Shown here one piece after another: positions 52,262 to 63,378 of a DNA stretch of 64,000 nucleotides. Every line of letters begins with the position of its first letter. Positions within the stretch are counted from its first letter, which is position 1. Position numbers and translations under genes: made by a program. This stretch comes from Mytilus edulis. Lineage: Eukaryota. The notes below the pieces were generated by a model. The model searched no databases, had not been told where the DNA came from, and saw only the letters and a list, made by a program, of their open reading frames with translations. The stretch is taken from assembly GCF_963676685.1 (NCBI RefSeq), contig NC_092355.1:72850001-72914000 (forward strand), read 5' to 3'.

Positions 52262-53575
52262 CTACCATCTACCCTGTGTCGTGTGCCTTTGTTGTTCACC
52301 ATTTCTGTCTCTTTGTTCTCGTCTGGAGTCGCTGTTGTAGTCGTTACGTCTTCCAGTATGAGTGTTATTGTGCATGTCACGCTGACTCCTATTTCCAGCG
52401 CGATGATGGCGGCTGTTACTTTGTTCATTACGTGAACTTTGCATGTCTCTATTAAAATGACCTTCTCGTCTTGACTGTTGGTGGTTAACATAACGCTTCG
52501 CTATAATTTCAGCTCCTCTCATGTCAATTTCGGAATCAAATGATTTTAAAACGTCAACAATCGTTTGAAAGTTTTTTCGCTCAATACGCTGTTGAACGCT
52601 TTGATCTTTGTGGATGTAAACATCGCTATATTGTCGACTGAACTTTAAATTACATTTTGAAGACATGATTTGGTTGAGATCATCTTTTGACTTACATGTA
52701 ATAATCACTACTCCACTTTTGTGTTCATTTCGGCTACGTTTACGCTCGACATTGGAAAACGAAATTGTTTGTATTTTTAGACCTTCCCTCATCAAAGCTG
52801 AAATTTTTGAATTCAGATTTTCATTCGCACTTTCGGGTAAATTTCTGATAACTAAATTATAGGATATGTCTCTTTCTCCTGTGTGCTTTACAGATTTAGA
52901 TATCTCATTCAATTTGTCCTCTACACTTTTCAAGTCTTGGTCAAAATCCTGACGCAAAGTATCGACAGCCAAATTTACATCTTTTTTCACTTTGGATACT
53001 TCCGTTGAAATTCGTTTATCAATAATTTGGTTAATTTTTTGTGTAATTTTACGTTCAAGGTTAGCCTCAAGATCGTTTATACGATTATTCATCTCACCAA
53101 ACATACTCCGCATATCAACTGACAAATTACTGATCATTTTGGTGACCATAAGCATCTCTGGAGATACGGTTGAATCCACGTGGATCTCAGCTTCTGTCGT
53201 TTTATTTAAGATTTGTTCAGTATTAGTTTCGATAGTTTGCATTCCACTATTGGGACTTTTCGGTACATGTTTTGGACGTTTTTGTTTATTTTCGGTGTTT
53301 TTTGTACAAATCGTCTCGCTGTCACTATCTTCCGTATTAAGCTTTCTTTTTAAGTTATTCTGTTGTGAACTACTATTGGAAAATAGGTTCCCAAATAAAG
53401 AGTCATCTGTTTGGTATATAATATTATGAGCTTCGGATATAACATCACTAACACTAATACATGTATCATTAGGTTGTTGTGTACTGTTACTTTTATTTGT
53501 TTCTAACTCTTTCGTTTGTTGTTTTTCCTGAGTTGTTTTATTACTCCGACCGTTACCGTTATTTTTCTTCCCCAT
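52262..53575 (-). CDS. LINE ORF1 (coiled coil, RRM-like domain, basic tail; 437 aa)
   Basis: ATG at 53575; heptad-rich segment, NLVIRNLPE..VYIHKDQS RRM/CTD-like region, R/H/N/Q-rich tail; directly upstream of ORF2. Confidence 0.9.
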   Translation of the reverse strand: MGKKNNGNGRSNKTTQEKQQTKELETNKSNSTQQPNDTCISVSDVISEAHNIIYQTDDSLFGNLFSNSSSQQNNLKRKLNTEDSDSETICTKNTENKQKRPKHVPKSPNSGMQTIETNTEQILNKTTEAEIHVDSTVSPEMLMVTKMISNLSVDMRSMFGEMNNRINDLEANLERKITQKINQIIDKRISTEVSKVKKDVNLAVDTLRQDFDQDLKSVEDKLNEISKSVKHTGERDISYNLVIRNLPESANENLNSKISALMREGLKIQTISFSNVERKRSRNEHKSGVVIITCKSKDDLNQIMSSKCNLKFSRQYSDVYIHKDQSVQQRIERKNFQTIVDVLKSFDSEIDMRGAEIIAKRYVNHQQSRREGHFNRDMQSSRNEQSNSRHHRAGNRSQRDMHNNTHTGRRNDYNSDSRREQRDRNGEQQRHTTQGRW

Positions 53576-55444
53576 AATTAAATCTATGGTCCAAAGTCCA
53601 AATCAGTGACCTCAAGCCCTAGAGCGGTATGTCTCTGGCTATTAAACACGGTATTGTGATGAGTAGTTTTCTGTTGTGTCAATGAAAGTTCTATTTTTAG
53701 TTTTGTTCAATAAAAGCTATGAAAACACTTTTTAAAACAGAGCTTAAGACATATAAAAGTTACACTCACTGCAAAGAATACTCCAAAAGTAATCCTGCTA
53801 GTCCAAGATATATGAACACTTTATAAATCGCAGATAAAAGTCGAAATTCTTCGGAGACATATAAACATCGACTAATCACAAAGATGGCGTCTCTCTTATC
53901 ATCTTATGCATCGGATGGCATATTGATATGTGTAAAATGTATATATGTTTTAGTCTAGAATCGATTCGACGATGACAAGAATTACAAAAACTTAATGATG
54001 AATATCATCCTAGTCCCCCCCCCCCCCCCTGAGAAAAAATGCAAATAAGTAAAATTATTACTATTCCTTTGGATAATACAATATTACCAAGTTGTTAATT
54101 GTTCAAGTTTGACATATTGAACCATAATTCTAATAATACAGTTGTTTTAGAAGTATTAAAAAATTATTGGTTTATTTGTTGTCTATAAATGTCAGACTTT
54201 ATTAACAAAATAAAGCTCATTCTGAATATGAATGAACTATTTGCCACTGGACTTAAAGCAAACTAGATAAATCAAGCACCGAATGCTAAAATCTATATAT
54301 CTGAAATTTGTCTTCGCTTCGATCAACCCTGGACTCGGACGACTTCTTTTAAACTGAGTTTCACTATGCGTATTTCTGTGTGTTTCTTTTTTCAACATTG
54401 GCTAGAGATATAGGAGTCGGGTTGAGATCTTACAAAAGATGTTTAGTCCAGTTCATTTTTGCGCCTGTCCAATGTCAGGAGTCTCTAACCTTTGATAGTC
54501 CTGTATGCTTTATATTTTAGTTCATTTATTCATTTTGGAGTTTAGTATGAAGTTCATTTTCATTGAACTAGTACACATGTTTATGAAAGGGCCAGGTGAG
54601 GCCTACCTTCGGGTGCGGGATTTTCTCTCTGTGTTGAAGCCCATTGGTGGCATTCGGCTGTTGTCTGGTCTTTGGTCGGGTTATTGTCTATTTGACATAT
54701 TTCCCATTTTCATTCTTAATTTTTATAATTAAAGCTCGTCCTGAATATGAATGAACTATTTGCCACTAGATATAAAACAAAGTAGATAAATTAATTATTT
54801 AATACGTTAGTTAAAGGAGTGATTACCACATTAATGAACACATATTTGAAACTTGTCTTCGATCAACCAATCGAAACAAAGTTAGTCTTTAAATCCCAAA
54901 ATGTCATTACTTGAGACAGTCACAAAAGGAAAAAATAAATTTCATGAAACTTGACGTTCGTGCCTTAAAATCATACAAATAGATCTTTTTATAAACTTAA
55001 TTAATTCAATTTAAATATGGAGAGCATCGCCAAAATCATATGATTTCTAAAAACGACATTTCGACACAAGTCCCTTCTTAAACAGTGCTTATTATCGATG
55101 CTCAGAATGTATCGTAAAATTTCGTATATAATTATATGACATTGTGTGTTGCTTTAATATCAAACTATTGTTGTAAGGTATTGTTTTATTACATAACTTG
55201 AATTCAATAAAACTCATTAACATAAAATTGAGAAAGGAAATGGTGAATATGTCAAAGCGACAACCACCCGACCATAGAGCAAACAACAGCCGAAGGCAAC
55301 CAATGGGTCTACACACATTTATTATGAAGGTAGCTGGCAAGTTAGTCGGACTCATAAAGGGTAAGATAGAAAAGAAGAGAAAGAAATGAGAAAGGTATAC
55401 TTCTTGTCTTATCCCTCTTTATAATCTAGTTTAAACTCTGAATT

Positions 55445-55619
55445 CGCCGTTTCAGAATCTATTGCATCCTGGGTAATATTTTCAAAAGTGTACACCACAA
55501 CGTCTTGATTGGTTAACAATGCCATAAACAATGGAAATTCAACCAATGACGTGGCGTTATTTTCATTTTGGGGTGCGAACAATGAAATTACCCATGATTC
55601 TTTAGATTCTGAAACGGCT
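55445..55619. mobile_element. MITE with about 35-bp TIRs just upstream of the tetraspanin start
   Basis: gccgtttcagaatctattgcatcctgggtaat vs attacccatgattctttagattctgaaacggc; att/aat flanks. Confidence 0.7.
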
Positions 55620-55712
55620 AATTGCAAGAAGCTTATTTCAACTCGTCTTTTTATGGCAATTCCGATTTATTTTGTAGATTTAAATTCTGTGTGCTAGTCT
55701 AGTTATTCCATA

Positions 55713-55784
55713 ATGACGTTAGAAGAAGGTGGTCGGAGAACATGCATCAAAGTTACAATTATATTGGTCAACATACCAGTAGCG
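55713..55784 (+). CDS. Tetraspanin coding exon 1
   Basis: MTLEEGGRRTCIKVTIILVNIPVA (C.K......N TM1 pattern), donor gtgagt, phase 0; an acceptor ttttgtag at 55677 implies an upstream UTR exon. Confidence 0.85.
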
Positions 55785-56233
55785 GTGAGTGAATAATTAT
55801 CATATCATCCTGGTCAACATACCAGTATGTTAAGTAAACATTTATCATAGCATGCAGGTCAATATATCAGTAGTAATAAATGAATAGTTTTCATATCATC
55901 CCGGTCAACGTACCAGTAACGGTAATTGTTATTATCATATCATCCCGGTCAACGTACCATTATGTTAAGTGAACAATTATAATATCATCCCGGTCAACAT
56001 ACCAGTAGTGGTGTGTGAACAATTGTTATATCATCCCGTTCTACATACCAGTAGCGGTAAGTGAATGATTATCATATATCACCCTGGTCAACATTACCAG
56101 TTGGGTTGAGTGAACTATAGCTATTATAATACAATCCCGGTTAACATACCAGTAGCAATAATCAACTATCAAATCATAAGGGTCAACATATAAGTAGCGG
56201 TAAGTGAATAATTATCATATCGCACTGGTCAAT
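55766..56233 (+). repeat. About 46-bp minisatellite (about 11 units) derived from the exon 1 / intron junction
   Basis: Unit ggtcaacataccagtagcggt(g/a)agtgaataattatcatatcatcc; the first unit is the coding exon end. Confidence 0.9.
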
Positions 56234-57529
56234 ATTTGTGTATTTTGTTGAATCATTGACGTGTTCCAATCATATGACAATCTTTGACTGTCGAGGATCC
56301 TGGCTTTGAAGAGGCATATTACTATACCGCATATCTATTTAAACTATAGTGTTTGAAATGCTATTTGCGACCCCCACCCTTATGGATTTTACCAACCCTC
56401 TATGGATCCCTAAGGGGTCAGTAGCAAACCATATAACTTATATTATCCAATTTTTGCTGATCATAATTTTTTATGAAAGAATTTAGTTAGGCGAGAGTGG
56501 AGTCCTCCAATTTTTCCTAATCTGATTTCTTTTCATATATTATTTGTCTATCACCAAAACATTCTTTTTCAATATATTTTTTATTACAAGAGAATATTTC
56601 CTTCACCATGTTCAACATATTGTATTTTGTATGTACAATGAAAGAAAACATAACCTTGGATTAAATATGTCTATTAATTTGTCTTTCTGTCATCTTTGTT
56701 ATGGACGTCAGCCAAACCGATGCAGTTGTCAGAGTAATTTGTAACTGCAGATTACATGTTATAAATCAAAATCTTAAATGCACGACATCCATATTGGATA
56801 AAAAGTAAAATTACAAAAATACTAGATTCCGAGGAAAATTCAAAACGGAAAGTCCCTAATCAAATGACAAAAGTAATGTTTTAATATGGATATTATATTC
56901 TGGTTAATTTTTTTTAAGGCGACCTTCTTTTTGTGTCCAGAGACCAGAAATGTTTTACTAGGGAAAAGAAAGATGGATAAGATATGTGTGTTACTACTTT
57001 TAAAACTCATCAAAACCAAGATCGTTATTTATTTAATTTTGTAATTAGTTATAACCTTGCACGAATATTCCCTTTACCTGGTAAAGGAATGGAGATTCAT
57101 TTGTAATCTAGACTGTCTTAATGTGTTAGTTATAAGATCCTAGTTTCTTGTCCTTGAAAAATGAATGACTTTCTAAAGTACATGTAGCTCAAAGCCTTTG
57201 GTTATTTTTCACATACATGTATCTTATATATTTTATTATGATCTTTTTTTTATCTTTCGAAGACTATCAACAAAACCCTAGATAAACTGTGTTCCAGCCC
57301 TTTGTTGTAAATAGCAACCATATATTATATTGAATGACCGCTAAGCTACATAAAAGTTGAGAAAATTGCAGCCATATTTTTATTGCAAAATGATATTATG
57401 AATTGAGATGTTGGTGTTAGTGAAAACATGAAATAATATAAAAATAAGCAGATGTGTTATACAATGAGAAAACTCTCCATCAGATTTCAAATGTCACATT
57501 TATAATACAGTTTTTTTTTTCGTTTTCAG

Positions 57530-57745
57530 CTGTTTGGCCTTGTTGCAGCAGGGCTTGGGATATGGATAGCTATGGATGACCCTAGTTTTATGCATTTTAC
57601 ACATCTGGATGAAATAGAACTGTTCGATACTTCCTATGTAAAGACTGGCTCCTATATCATTGTGGCCGGCGGTTTTGGTGTAGCACTGTTCGGTATACTG
57701 GGCATCGTAGCTGCAGCAACAGAAAGTATGATACTATTAGCTGCA
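57530..57745 (+). CDS. Tetraspanin coding exon 2 (TM1 end, EC1, TM2)
   Basis: ttttcag / gtacgt, 216 nt; LFGLVAAGLGIWIAMD..YIIVAGGFGVALFGILGIVAAATESMILLAA. Confidence 0.92.
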
Positions 57746-58168
57746 GTACGTATTGCTTGAATAAATTGGCGAAATGTTTACTAGTGTAAGGGACGACATC
57801 AAAAAATTAATGAAGGATAAAAACAAAATCTTAATTCAAATAGTTTGGGGGTCAGTGAAAAAACTATATGAATTAAGTTTGTTATCCTACATTGAACTTT
57901 TGTCGTCCTTAATATCCCTATATAATTAATAAGGAAATCTAGAGAAATTTGAATGTCTACTCTACAAATCCAGATGATCTTATTTCGTAACCAAAGTCGC
58001 CTGATAGTAGAGGAAGCTTTATTTTTCAAGTTTTGTTTGGTTTACTTGTCGATTATTTCGAAACCTATTTTCCATAAAACAAGCTTCCTTATTAAACCAT
58101 TTGTTAAAATAGTCTTACATTTTGGGATAGTTTGTAATATCAAAATGGTGTTTCACTTTTTGTTTCAG

Positions 58169-58243
58169 TATACAATGTTAATTGCGTTAGCAATGGCTGT
58201 CGAAGTAGCGGCAACAGTATTGGGAGTGGTTTTCAAACATACG
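58169..58243 (+). CDS. Tetraspanin coding exon 3 (TM3)
   Basis: tgtttcag / gtaata, 75 nt; YTMLIALAMAVEVAATVLGVVFKHT with the conserved TM3 Glu. Confidence 0.92.
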
Positions 58244-58982
58244 GTAATATTATTATACTAAATTTGTTATGCAGTAATCGCCTTTTTCTATAAATCATTT
58301 CGATTTTATAATTCCATCACAAACAGATAATTTGAATGCACCATACAATTCATTTATTTTAAATGATTGTTTTTTTTAACTTGTTCTGTTATCTTTCTCA
58401 CTATAATCCATCATACCAGAGGGATAGTCAAACTCATTGATTAAAAAATAAACTGACAACGCCATGGCTAAAAATAAAAAGACAAACAGACAAATTATAG
58501 TACAGCAGACACAACATAGAAAACTAAAGACTAAGCAAACCAACCACACCAAAAACTAGGGGTGATCTCAGGTGCTCCGGGAAGGGTAAGCGAACCTGCT
58601 CCACATGAGATAAAGATATCCGGTGTAGACTTTGTTTGTAGTGATTTTTTAATTTCCTACATCGTAAAAATGTTAACATGAATTTCATAAAATTGAGAAT
58701 GGAAATGGGGAATGTGTCAAAGAGACAACAACACAACCATAGAACAGACAACAGCAGAAGGCCATCCAATGAGTCTTCAATGCAGCGAGAAATTCCCGCA
58801 CCCGGAAGCGTCCTTCAGCTAGCCCCTAAACAAATGTTTATTTAGGTTATGAATTTATATTGCCCCTTTAATACCATATCCCGTTTGTGTATGATTATAT
58901 TGTTGGGTTGTTGTCTTCTTTAAATACAATTCCAATTTCTTTTTGTTCGTGAAAAATTGATCTGAATAACGTGATGTTTTAG

Positions 58983-59093
58983 GTGGAAAATACTATGGAG
59001 AAGGCAATAGGAAGAAGTATAAAAGAAGAATTTGAAGGAGTAGCAGATAGCGATAATGCATTTACCATACATTTTAATGCAGTACAACAAAAA
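58983..59093 (+). CDS. Tetraspanin coding exon 4 (EC2 helices)
   Basis: ttttag / gtgagt, 111 nt; VENTMEKAIGRSIKEEF..FNAVQQK leading into LECCG. Confidence 0.88.
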
Positions 59094-59310
59094 GTGAGTA
59101 ATATATAAGACAAACGTGAAAATACATTTACCATACAATTTAATGAAGTACAGCAAAAAGTTAGTAATATAAGACAAATGTGAAAATACATTTACCATAC
59201 ATTTTAATGCAATACAGTAAAACGTTAGTAATATAAGACAAATGGGAAAAATACATTTAATGCAGTACAGCAAAACGTCAGTGATATAAGACAATTGGGT
59301 AAAAACATTT
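59056..59310 (+). repeat. About 64-bp minisatellite derived from the exon 4 / intron junction
   Basis: Unit aat(g/a)catttaccatacattttaatgcagtacaacaaaaagt(g/t)agtaatataagacaaa; resumes at about 60037-60065 after the MITE insertion. Confidence 0.88.
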
Positions 59311-59311
59311 A

Positions 59312-60034
59312 CAGCCGATTGCATTGAGTGTGTAGGCAATGGTAATATCTTTGGTCAGCTTGCTTGCTAGCTGAACCGTGAAGTCATTAATAGGTAAGGT
59401 ATACTACCCTCTTTTCGAAGTAGCCTAGTCCTCCACACACAAAAAGATCAGTTATCTGTCGGACTACACAGGCAAAATTTGCTCACATGAATTTCACATG
59501 AATCTCACATGAAATTCACATGAAAAATTTCACGTGAGATTCACCGCAATCGAGCTTATACATAAAACTCACGTGAAAATTTTCATGTGAATTTCACGTG
59601 AATTGAGATTCACATGAATCTGATGTGAAATTTCTCACATGAATTTCAGGTGAAATTTACACAAAAAAATGATATTTTTCATGATTTTAATTAAATTTGA
59701 AAATTAAGATATTATTTGAAATACTCTATTTTAAAAATTCATATGATTTTTCACATGAATAAAAAATACGTGATTTTCATGTGAAATTCACATGAAACTC
59801 ACAAAAACTGATTTCACGTGAGTATAAGCTCGTTTGAGGTGAAATTCATGTGAATTTCACATGAGATTCACATTACTTTAAATTCACATGAAATTCATGT
59901 AAGTGAAATTTGCCTGTGTAGTCTATTCTTATAGGAGGATAGTTCACATAACCTAATGATGTTTTCACGGTCCAGCTAGCAATCAGGCTTACCAAATATA
60001 TAACCTTTACCTACACACTCAATGCAATCGGCTG
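59312..60034. mobile_element. Tc1/mariner-type MITE
   Basis: ta/CAGCCGATTGCATTGAGTGTGTAGG ... CCTACACACTCAATGCAATCGGCTG/ta, imperfect TIR extending to about 70 bp, TA duplication. Confidence 0.85.
59467..59918. mobile_element. CACTA/EnSpm-like MITE nested in the previous MITE, with TCAC(A/G)TGA arrays
   Basis: ta/CACAGGCAAA ... TTTGCCTGTG/ta; about 17 copies of TCACATGA, TCACGTGA or TCATGTGA. Confidence 0.75.
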
Positions 60035-60395
60035 TAACGCAGTACAACACAAAGTTAGTTATATACTAGGTTACAGAAAACCTGAAACTTCAACCATGTT
60101 CATAAATGTATTGGAAGTTTTTCCGTTATAGAGAATTTAAATTATGTTTCATATGAAAGAATAAAACTGCAGATTAAAAACGTGATAATGATGTGAAGAG
60201 TTATCTCCCATGGACCAGGTCAAACCCTTTCAATTTGAATATGGCTTCAATATTAAATCAAAATGTTCCGATGTAGAAGATATGAAGCTCCTTCAATATT
60301 TAGGCGGGGGCGAAACGAATAATAAACAATAATCAGAATCAGATTTTCACGGAAAAGTGTTCTATTGCATAGTTTTTGCTTGATAAATATTTCAG

Positions 60396-60560
60396 TTGGA
60401 GTGCTGTGGTTTTAATAATTCGGCCGATTTCTCTAAGGCTACTAAATGGAATACAACTGTAGACAACGTCATTCAACAGATCCCTCCGGCATGCTGTAAA
60501 AACATGACGTTATCAGATCAATGTGTGGCAAATCCAACACCCGTCAACTCGTATACAATG
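60396..60560 (+). CDS. Tetraspanin coding exon 5 (EC2, CCG motif)
   Basis: atttcag / gtaaat, 165 nt; LECCGFNNSADF..W..IPPACCK..C..SYTM. Confidence 0.95.
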
Positions 60561-61339
60561 GTAAATATAATTTCAATAAGAATTTTTATGCCAAATTTAT
60601 GGGCATTATGTTTTCTGGTCTGCCTCCAACAAAATTACCGCAAGCTTTATATTTTATATATATGCTTGAAAGACAGACAAATGTATTAATGACGCTTGAA
60701 TAGAAAAAAAGTTGGTTGCTGTCTGTCATATTTCTTCTTCATTTATTGTTTTAGGCCGTTGATTTTCTCATACCTTTCCGACTCTACAATATGTGGTTTT
60801 TGTCGTACAGTGTTCTATAGTTATTTACATTCCTGATAGATAGTTAGTTGTCTCATTGGCATTCATTCGACGTCTCATATCTATACATTGTAATTCTATT
60901 TTAATGAATATGTACGACATGTTCAAGTTTAAATGATATGTGAAGTATAATCGAGCAATGTAAACTTTAGTAATTTCGGGACTGCTCTAACTGACTCTAC
61001 AATATGGTTTTTTTTGCAAAACATTCAGTGCTCTATAATTGTTTAAATCTTCGATAGACATCTCATGTATAATTCTATTTTAATGAATGTTTTTAGAAAT
61101 TTACAGGTTTAAATAATACTTGAAATATTAATGTAAACTTAGTCATTTCGGGACGTTTTTTAAATTTGCTATGCGGTATGATTTTGCTCATTGTTAAGGC
61201 TGAATTGTGACCTATAGTCTTCATTCACTTTTGTCTTTGATCTATTTATGTTGTTGTTGTTTGGAAGTTATCTAGTTGACGTATAGTTTAAACCTATTTT
61301 TGTATAGTGGATTGGGAAACAAGTTATTGCAACTTATAT

Positions 61340-61492
61340 AAATCCCTTTTCACTTTGTTGATGCGAGCGCTGCCTTGTAGCGGCATTAGCCAGCTCTTTT
61401 TCGAAATCTACAACAGTGTCTTTTTCGTGCAGGAGATTTTGCTCTCTCTCTTAACACGGGTCATCCGTTTATCGCCCTTCCATGATCGACTA
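61340..61492 (-). repeat. Degenerate SINE with a Meta/MESC-like central domain
   Basis: gtgtctttttcgtgca...aacacgggtcatccgtttatcgcc..tcc resembles the reverse of that conserved SINE core, from memory only. Confidence 0.35.
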
Positions 61493-63294
61493 TCGATTAA
61501 TTGTTGGTTGCTTGACGTCCAGTGGCAACTATTTCATGTATGTTCAGGACGATCCGACGGACTATAAACGTTTCTCAAGACAGTGCATGCTTTAAAAGTT
61601 GACTTATAATCTAACTTTCATTGTTATTGACATAGAACATGCAGAAGGAAAAAGTACATTTATCATTAAAAGAAGTATTGATCAATTTCCCTTTGTTCTA
61701 TGTGTGTATCACACACCTGTGCATAATCACAACATTATTATAAGAGGATCTGGGTGGGGTCTACAGAACAGAGAATATTAATAGGCACGCAGAATAAAGA
61801 GTAAAAAAGTCAGGAATAGATTTTAAAAGGTCAAAAAGATAGAGAATGTAGAATAATGGGGTTATGCACGGCAGATCCAGAACCTTTTGTAAGGAAGGCC
61901 CGCTGACTGACTTAGGAGGACCCGCTACATTGATTCCCTATATAATCAACAACATTTTCCCCACAAAAAGGGGCCCCTCCCTTTTCCCCCGAATCGTCCA
62001 TGTTATAAAATAAAAATGAAGGATCCCTCAATCAGACCCTCTTAAATTATAACACACGATACAGCTTGCAATTAATATATATATAAAGGTGCTTATTTCA
62101 TCAAATCGATTTTTAATGACTCATAGCACAAGAGATATTTTTGTAAAAGGGTAAAAGGCTACTGAATGTATTACTAGTTAAATGTTGAAAGGATTATACA
62201 AAAAAAAAAAAAAACCTATTAAGGCTATTAATTTTGTTGAGTTTATTTAGATGATTCAGAGATATAGTTTCTCCTTATTTATTTGAACTCTTTTTTCTCG
62301 GAGTAATATTTATGATGATTTTCTCCAAGAAAGGGGTAGCCTACTGATAATATCGAAGACAAGTAAAATATCATTATTAATACTGGTGTTTAAACATTAT
62401 TTTGTAATATATGATATCAAGTGCTCTGAAAAGGGGTCAGTTTATGAATAATATTTTATCATCGGTATAAGGACATCATTCGTGTATATATTTGTTTAGG
62501 GGCCAGTTGAAGGACACCTCCGGGTGCGGGAATTTCTCGCTACATTAAAGACCTGTTGGTGACCTTCTGCTGTTGTTTTTTTCTATGGTCGGGTTGTTGT
62601 CTCTTTGGCACATTCCCCATTTCCATTCTCAATTTTATTTTAAATAAAAAAATCTTGGTGGTACTTTGATTTTTCGTTATGCTAGATGTTAATTATCCTA
62701 TACGAGTTTAGGTTCATTGTGTTTGTCTAGTACAACGCATGTCATATTCATTTTCCCATAAAAATGTTTTTGTCCTGAACAATATAAAAATATGGAGATG
62801 TGATATGATTGCCATTGAGAACGGAGATGTGATATGATTGCCATTGAGACAACAGTCCACTTTAAGTTTAAATGAAATGGATATAAACAATCATTGGCAA
62901 TCAATTAAAGGCCCCTGTATTTTAAATATGAAACAATTCAATCGAGAATATACTAAATGTCTCTGGAGAAAGCAAGTAAAACGCAAAGTAAACACTTCCA
63001 GAAAATAAATCGTAAAGTAAACTCTGCCAAGAAGTCAATTGCAAAGAAAACACTGCCAACAAGTAATACGCAAGTAATACGCAAAATGGAAACTGAACTT
63101 CTGAAGCAGCAGACGTAATGAACCACGATAGCTTGCTTTTGTGTTTTGGAGAAGTGTAGAACGTCTACAGCTAGACATTGGCATGTCATTGTTTAATATA
63201 CAAACAAGGTGGATTAAAGCATATGATTTTAAAAGTCAATTTCTTGTTTAGAATATATGAGTAAAGTTAACATTGATATTTGTATTTTTTACAG

Positions 63295-63378
63295 GGATGT
63301 AAAGAGGCGTTAGCAGATTTATTTGAAAGATATTTCTCTGTAATCATTGGAGTGGCTGCTACACTTGTTTTCTGTCAG
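63295..63378 (+). CDS. Tetraspanin coding exon 6 (EC2 end, TM4 start); the gene continues beyond the window
   Basis: ttttacag / gtaatg, 84 nt; GCKEALADLFERYFSVIIGVAATLVFCQ. The six exons give 241 aa, all introns phase 0. Confidence 0.92.

Larger units (their letters stand above)
48534..53905 (-). mobile_element. Full-length non-LTR retrotransposon (LINE; RTE-X-like, clade tentative)
   Basis: About 330-nt 5' UTR starting near a YY1-type CGCCATCTT (53881-53889), intact ORF1 and ORF2, short 3' UTR, AATAAA (48555-48560) and a (TTGAA)n tail; possible 5-bp TSD ATGCA at 48531-48535 and 53906-53910 (weak). Confidence 0.92.

Noticed and set aside
32630-53429. ORFs antisense to or overlapping the TRIM-like genes and LINE (e.g. 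32630-32989, 38099-38359, 52992-53429)
   Set aside because: Shadow ORFs of real coding sequence, with no motifs or splice support.
55409-55697. Opposite-strand ORFs that both contain DSETAN
   Set aside because: Artefact of translating the two arms of the MITE inverted repeat.
55766-56233. Regularly spaced repeats resembling a CRISPR array
   Set aside because: The whole unit is repeated with no unique spacers, the context is a eukaryotic intron and there are no cas genes.
58920-59339. 139-aa and 70-aa repetitive Cys/Tyr-rich ORFs
   Set aside because: Antisense translations of tetraspanin exon 4 and its minisatellite.
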